64,000 nt of DNA from Vicinamibacteria bacterium (lineage in GTDB: Bacteria; Acidobacteriota; Vicinamibacteria; Marinacidobacterales; Marinacidobacteraceae): positions 3,424,001-3,488,000 of the forward strand of contig CAXXLQ010000004.1 in the NCBI GenBank assembly GCA_963668695.2. The letters are read 5' to 3'. A model generated the notes under the pieces. It made no database searches. It was not told the DNA's origin and saw only the letters and a program-made list of their open reading frames with translations. The translations under genes and the position numbers were made by a program. Positions 59,228 to 64,000 of this stretch are shown one piece after another; the stretch's first letter is position 1, and every line of letters begins with the position of its first letter.

Positions 59228-59794
59228 ATGAACCCTTCCGCGGCCCGCGGACACGGCGCAACACCGCTTCTGCGGGCGCTGCCGTTCGCCGCCCTGACCG
59301 CAGGGCTCGTCGGCTGCGGCGGCGGCTACGACTACCCGGACACCCGGAGGGACGACGTCGCGGAGGAGCTTCACGGGACAGTGGTGGAGGATCCCTACCG
59401 ATGGCTCGAAGACGACCAGGCGCCCGAGGTTCTCGACTGGGTGGACGCCCAAAACGAGGTCACCTTCGCCCATCTGCAGGGGCTGCCGGCGCGCGAGGCG
59501 CTCCGGGCCCGCCTCCTCGAGCTCCATGACCACGCCCGACAAAGTGCTCCCTTCCGTTTCGGCGAACAGTGGTTCGTGCGCGCGAACGACGGGCTCCAGG
59601 ACCAGGACGTCCTCTACCGGATCTCCTCGCCCGGTGAGGATCCCACCGGCTGGGAGGTCCTGCTCGACCCGAACGAACTCTCCGAAGACGGCACGACCAG
59701 CGTGGGGATGACCGCGTTCACCGAGCAGGCCGCGTTCCTCCGGAGCGGATTCGGCGCGGGGGCCGCCACGACCGGGAGTCTCAGATGGCCGTAG
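59228..59794 (+). pseudogene. Truncated duplicate of prolyl oligopeptidase 5' end
   Basis: 59402-59724 matches 60564-60886 with about 8 mismatches. The sequence then decays to a stop. Confidence 0.85.
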
Positions 59795-59806
59795 TACCAT
59801 CGCGGC

Positions 59807-60058
59807 ATGATCGGGAAGGCGCCTCTCGCGGAAGCGACCGTCAGAGCGTCCGAAACGCCGGATTCGCGCGATAGCAAGCGCACGAAGGGCCGGCGCGGGG
59901 CTGAACGGCAGGCCGCCTACGAACGACTGCTCGACCTCCCGGAGGAAGAGGAAGAGTTGAGCGCTGACGGACTTCGGGCGCTGCAGGAAGGGATCGAAGA
60001 CTTCGCGGCGGGCCGCACTTCCACTCGGGAAGAGATCGAGCGGGAGTTCGGCGCCTGA
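59807..60058 (+). CDS. Antitoxin of RelE-like toxin
   Basis: Acidic C-terminus ..EG.EDFAAGRT.T.EEI.REFG. Directly upstream of and overlapping the toxin. Confidence 0.7.
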   Translation: MIGKAPLAEATVRASETPDSRDSKRTKGRRGAERQAAYERLLDLPEEEEELSADGLRALQEGIEDFAAGRTSTREEIEREFGA

Positions 60059-60309
60059 CCTGGACGCTCGAGTTTTCCGGCCGGGCGCGGCGGGACCTGA
60101 GGCGGCTCGACCCGCCGACGCAGACCCGAGTGCTGACGGCGTTGGATCAACTCGCGGAAACAGGGGTTGGGGACGTTCTCCGTTTGAAGGGGTTGGAACG
60201 GCAGTGGCGCCTCCGCATCGGTGACTGGCGCGTCCTGCTCCAGTACCGTCGCGACGAAGGCGTGCTTCGGGTGGAGGCGGTCGTACACCGGAGCCAGGCG
60301 TACCGGTGA
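60055..60309 (+). CDS. relE: RelE/StbE-family toxin (CTG start; absent from ORF track)
   Basis: TWTLEFSGRARRDLRRLD...GDVLRLKG...WRLRIGDWRV...V.HRSQAYR*. CTGA overlap with the antitoxin stop, and GGGAG RBS. Confidence 0.88.
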   Translation: MTWTLEFSGRARRDLRRLDPPTQTRVLTALDQLAETGVGDVLRLKGLERQWRLRIGDWRVLLQYRRDEGVLRVEAVVHRSQAYR

Positions 60310-60383
60310 CGGCGGGTCGCACCGGAAGCGATTCCCGGCCGCTCCAAAGTAGTCTTGCGCACGAAGGAGCATCGGAACGCGCC

Positions 60384-62561
60384 ATGATCCACTCCGAACT
60401 GAGCACCACCCACGCCCGAGGAGTCCCGCTGCTTCGGGCGCTTCCCGCCGCCGCTCTGCTCCCCGCTCTCGTCGCCTGCGGCGGCGGGTACGACTATCCG
60501 GATACCCGCAAGGACAACGTCTCCGAGGAGTTCCACGGCGTCCAGGTCGAGGACCCCTACCGCTGGCTCGAAGACGACCAGGCGCCCGACGTTCTCGACT
60601 GGGTGGACGCCCAAAACGAGGTCACCTTCGCCCATCTGCGGGGGCTGCCGGCGCGCGAGGCGCTCCGGGCCCGCCTCCTCGAGCTTCAGGATCACGCCCG
60701 ACAAAGTGCTCCCTTCCGTTTCGGCGAACAGTGGTTCGTGCGCGCGAACGACGGGCTCCAGGACCAGGACGTCTTCTACCGGATCTCGTCGCCCGGTGAG
60801 GATCCCACCGGCTGGGAGGTCCTGCTCGACCCGAACGAACTATCCGAAGACGGCACGACCAGCGTGGGGATGACCGCGTTCACCGAAGACGGCACGCTCC
60901 TCGCCTATGGGCTCGGCGAGGCGGGTTCCGACTGGCGGGAGTTCCACGTGATGGAGGTCGCGACCGGCGAGAAGCGCCCGGATCACCTGCGCTGGATCAA
61001 GTTCTCGGGCGCCTCCTGGACCCACGACAACGCCGGCTTCTTCTACAGCCGCTACCCCGAACCGGATCCCGACGCCGCCCAGGGAGGCATCAACCAGAAC
61101 CAGACCGTCTGGTACCACGCGCTCGGCACGGCGCAGGACTCCGACCGGTTGATCTACGCAAACCCGGAGTTTCCGGACCGCGGCGTGGGGGCCCAGGTGT
61201 CCGACGACGGCCGCTACGTCGTGTTCTCGATCGGCGAAGGGACGGACGAACGGAACCGCATCCACGTTCTGGACCTGGCGCGCTCCAGCGCGCCGGCCTT
61301 CGACGGTGCACTCGTGCCGGTCCTCGACGAGTTCGACGCCTCCTACGACTTCCTCGGCAATGACGGACTGCGGTTCTATTTCCTGACCGACAACGGCGCG
61401 CCCCGCTACCGGGTGGTGGCGATCAACATCCAGCGCCCGGATCCCGCGAACTGGCTGGAGCTCGTGCCCGAGAGCGAGGACACGCTGGAGGTCGGTCGGA
61501 TCGTCGGCGACCGCTTCGTTCTCGGCTATCTCGACGACGCGAAGAGCCGGCTCGCGGTCCACACGATGGACGGCGCCTTCGAACGCGACGTGACCCTGCC
61601 CGGGATCGGCTCGGTCTCGCAGTTGAGCGGCACCCGGAACGACGACGTCCTCCACTTCGCCTTTTCCTCTTTCCTCTTCCCGCCGTCGGTGTACCGCTAC
61701 GACCTCGCTGCCGGCGAGACCGAGCCCCACTGGGCGCCCGAGGTCCCCTTCGACTTCGAGCAGTACGAGACCGAGCAGGTCTTCTTCTCCTCGGCGGACG
61801 GCACCCGGATCCCCATGTTCCTGACCCACCGCAAGAACATGAGCCGGGACGGCAACAACCCGACTCTCCTGTACGGCTACGGCGGCTTCAACATCAGCCT
61901 GCGGCCCAGCTTCAACCCGTCGAACCTCGTCTTCCTGGAGCGCGGCGGGGTGTACGCGCAGGTGAATCTCCGGGGCGGAGGCGAGTACGGCGAGAGCTGG
62001 CACCGGGGCGGCATGCTCGAAAACAAGCAAAACGTCTTCGACGACTTCATCGCGGCCGCCGAGTTCCTGATCCACGACTCGGTCACCCAGCCGGCGCGGC
62101 TCGCGATCGCCGGGGGATCGAACGGCGGTCTGCTCGTCGGGGCGGTCCTGAACCAGCGCCCCGAGCTCTTCGGGGCGGCTCTCCCGGCGGTGGGCGTGAT
62201 GGACATGCTCCGCTTCCACAAGTTCACGATCGGTTGGGCGTGGACCTCCGACTATGGCAGTCCGGATGACCCGGAGATGTTCGAGATCCTGCGCGCGTAC
62301 TCGCCGTACCACAACGTCGCGGCGAGCGAGGACTTTCCCCCGACGCTGGTGACTACCGCCGACCACGATGACCGGGTGGCGCCCGGCCATTCCTTCAAGT
62401 ACGCGGCGCGGATCCAGGAGGTCCACGGGGACGGCCCGCACCCCGTCTTCATCCGGATCCAGAAGAGCGCCGGACACGGCGGCGGCATGCCGGTCTCGAT
62501 GCGAGTGGAGCTCGAGGCCGACCGCTGGGCGTTCGTCCTGCACCACCTGGGCGTGAGCTGA
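60384..62561 (+). CDS. Prolyl oligopeptidase (S9A) lipoprotein
   Basis: DPYRWLE, GYGGF, RGGGEYG..WH, GGSNGG, DHDDRV and AGHG motifs. Lipobox VAC. Confidence 0.96.
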   Translation: MIHSELSTTHARGVPLLRALPAAALLPALVACGGGYDYPDTRKDNVSEEFHGVQVEDPYRWLEDDQAPDVLDWVDAQNEVTFAHLRGLPAREALRARLLELQDHARQSAPFRFGEQWFVRANDGLQDQDVFYRISSPGEDPTGWEVLLDPNELSEDGTTSVGMTAFTEDGTLLAYGLGEAGSDWREFHVMEVATGEKRPDHLRWIKFSGASWTHDNAGFFYSRYPEPDPDAAQGGINQNQTVWYHALGTAQDSDRLIYANPEFPDRGVGAQVSDDGRYVVFSIGEGTDERNRIHVLDLARSSAPAFDGALVPVLDEFDASYDFLGNDGLRFYFLTDNGAPRYRVVAINIQRPDPANWLELVPESEDTLEVGRIVGDRFVLGYLDDAKSRLAVHTMDGAFERDVTLPGIGSVSQLSGTRNDDVLHFAFSSFLFPPSVYRYDLAAGETEPHWAPEVPFDFEQYETEQVFFSSADGTRIPMFLTHRKNMSRDGNNPTLLYGYGGFNISLRPSFNPSNLVFLERGGVYAQVNLRGGGEYGESWHRGGMLENKQNVFDDFIAAAEFLIHDSVTQPARLAIAGGSNGGLLVGAVLNQRPELFGAALPAVGVMDMLRFHKFTIGWAWTSDYGSPDDPEMFEILRAYSPYHNVAASEDFPPTLVTTADHDDRVAPGHSFKYAARIQEVHGDGPHPVFIRIQKSAGHGGGMPVSMRVELEADRWAFVLHHLGVS

Positions 62562-62574
62562 GCGGGGGCGTCCC

Positions 62575-63354
62575 ATGATTCTCCGCCTCCAGCACATCGG
62601 CACCGCCCACCGGAGCCACGCCTCGGCAGCCGAGCGCCTCCGCGGGGTCGGGCTCGAACCCGCCGAACTGCGCACCGACCAGGGCCGCGGCTTCCAGCTC
62701 GACTCGCGGAAGCTGCTCGGCAACGAATGCTGGCTCCACGTGGTCCACAACTGGAACCCCGAGGCGCGGGTGTGCCAGTACCTTCGGAGCCGCGGCGAGG
62801 GGCTGGAACACATCGCCATCGAGACCGACGACATCGAGGGTGCGGTCGCCCGCGTCAAGGAATCGGCGCCCATCTTCGAGGACCGGATCTTTCACGCCGC
62901 GGACGGCTTCGAAGCGTTCGTCTACCCCGCGGACGCCTGCGGGTTCACCGTGGAGTTGATTCAGCCGCACGCCTCGAGCTGGAACTGGCCCGACCCGCCG
63001 CCCGAGCGGGTCAGCCCGCTCCTTTCCGTCCGCCGGCTCGCCGAAGTGGTGGCGGGGGCGCCGGATCCGGACGCCGCGGGCCGACGCTTCGAAGAGCTGT
63101 TCCGGGTGCCGCGCGAGAGCGGGAACGGGAGCGGGGTGAGCGTCTCGTTTCCGAACGGGTGCCGGCTGCGCTTCGAACCCGGAGGGCCCGGGCTTCAGGC
63201 CCTCGTGTTGGAGAGCGCCGACCCGGAGGCCGACCTCCGGGCGCTCGAAGCGGCCGGCACCCCGGTGGACGCCGGCGCCGATTCCGGAGAGCGCCGCATA
63301 CCGGCCTCGGTGGCGGGCTTCGAGATCGTGCTGCGCGCCCCGCAAGACCCCTGA
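62575..63354 (+). CDS. VOC/glyoxalase family protein (methylmalonyl-CoA epimerase-like)
   Basis: L.HIG.A, RGEGLEHIAI..DDI and F..P....G..VEL.Q motifs. Confidence 0.75.
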   Translation: MILRLQHIGTAHRSHASAAERLRGVGLEPAELRTDQGRGFQLDSRKLLGNECWLHVVHNWNPEARVCQYLRSRGEGLEHIAIETDDIEGAVARVKESAPIFEDRIFHAADGFEAFVYPADACGFTVELIQPHASSWNWPDPPPERVSPLLSVRRLAEVVAGAPDPDAAGRRFEELFRVPRESGNGSGVSVSFPNGCRLRFEPGGPGLQALVLESADPEADLRALEAAGTPVDAGADSGERRIPASVAGFEIVLRAPQDP

Positions 63355-63412
63355 TTCAGAATCGGAGTCGGTTTCGCTCAGATTTATTTGGCAAGCCGCG
63401 GCTAAAAAGTAC

Positions 63413-63441
63413 TTGACAAGCCCCGCGTCCGCACGTATCGT
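63413..63441 (+). promoter_or_regulatory. Sigma70-type promoter of groESL
   Basis: TTGACA-N17-TATCGT with AT-rich upstream sequence. Confidence 0.7.
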
Positions 63442-63598
63442 TCCGGCTGTCCGGCGCCCTTGACCAGCGCCGCTGGCCAGCCAACCGGCAGGCCGGCGAG
63501 AAACGGCCTGAGGCCCTGAGGCCCGGCCGACCGGACGCATCGCAACCCCAAGCATGGACGCCGCGTGGCGTCCATCCAGTAAGAGGAGACATATTCCG

Positions 63599-63886
63599 AT
63601 GAAGTTCCAGCCTCTGAGGGAGAACGTTTTGCTTCGCCGTCTTGAGTCGGCCGAAGAAAAGATCGGCTCCATCATCGTCCCCGATACCGCCAAGGAAAAA
63701 CCGATGACCGCCGAAGTGATCGCGGTGGGCGCCGGCAAGGTCCTGAAGGACGGCAGCCGTCAGGCTCCCGAGGTGAAGCCGGGCCAGCACATCCTGATCG
63801 GGAAGTACTCCGGCTCCGAAGTCAAGCTTGACGGCGAGGACTTCATCATCGTCCGCGAGGACGAGATCCTGGGCATCGTCGCGTAG
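63599..63886 (+). CDS. groES: Co-chaperonin GroES
   Basis: MK.QPL, IIVPDTAKEKP, V.AVG.G, KYSG.EVK and I..EDEILG motifs. AGAGGAG RBS. Confidence 0.97.
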   Translation: MKFQPLRENVLLRRLESAEEKIGSIIVPDTAKEKPMTAEVIAVGAGKVLKDGSRQAPEVKPGQHILIGKYSGSEVKLDGEDFIIVREDEILGIVA

Positions 63887-63919
63887 ACGGCCCCACTGCA
63901 AGAAGGAGCAGCAACACAA

Positions 63920-64000
63920 ATGGCCAAGAACATCGTTTACAACGAGGAAGCCCGGCAGGCCCTGATGCGCGGCATCAACAAATTGACGGCCGCCGTCCGG
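63920..64000 (+). CDS. groEL: Chaperonin GroEL (5' fragment, runs off window)
   Basis: MAKNIVYNEEARQALMRGINKL..AV after an AAGGAG RBS, downstream of groES. Confidence 0.93.
   Translation, partial: MAKNIVYNEEARQALMRGINKLTAAVR

Noticed and set aside
63380-63490. CIRCE element before groES
   Set aside because: No convincing TTAGCACTC-N9-GAGTGCTAA match, only weak GC-rich inverted repeats.

Overview
High-GC bacterial chromosomal window. The gene content suggests an Acidobacteriota-like organism, possibly sponge-associated; this is inference from the LRR/cadherin/Calx-beta adhesins, ASPIC-UnbV, DUF2911-like protein and many peptidases. It holds about 45 genes: housekeeping (rnhB, ilvD, panE, ddl, methylmalonyl-CoA mutase, UDG, groES/groEL), several peptidases and amidohydrolases, transporters, a two-multiheme-cytochrome/FG-GAP cluster and two giant surface proteins. 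Toxin-antitoxin content is dense: 4 type II pairs, a Fic gene and 2-3 decayed remnants. The most notable non-genic structure is a layered set of small non-autonomous elements. (1) A MITE family with ~19-bp TIRs (ACAGCCkGTGGyGrAACCC) and TA duplication occurs in tandem and as inverted pairs bracketing cargo. One tandem insertion splits a vapB-TGATG-vapC junction that can be reconstructed base for base. (2) A REP-like hairpin family (GGAACGCCGACCTCCGGTCGGCA) lies at gene ends. (3) A ~20-bp unit (CCAGTTCTCCCGGTGGGGGC) is present or absent at several independent positions inside the MITEs and also interrupts a REP hairpin, so it behaves like its own micro-insertion element. Other highlights are a CTG-initiated RelE toxin between duplicated 5' ends of a prolyl oligopeptidase gene, a CI/LexA-like regulator with both catalytic residues replaced, an orphan chromosomal ParM-like actin, an archaeal-type RNase HII and an LRR adhesin with a CxxCH motif. 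No transposase, CRISPR, rRNA or tRNA was found. All family calls come from motif recognition by eye, not database searches.
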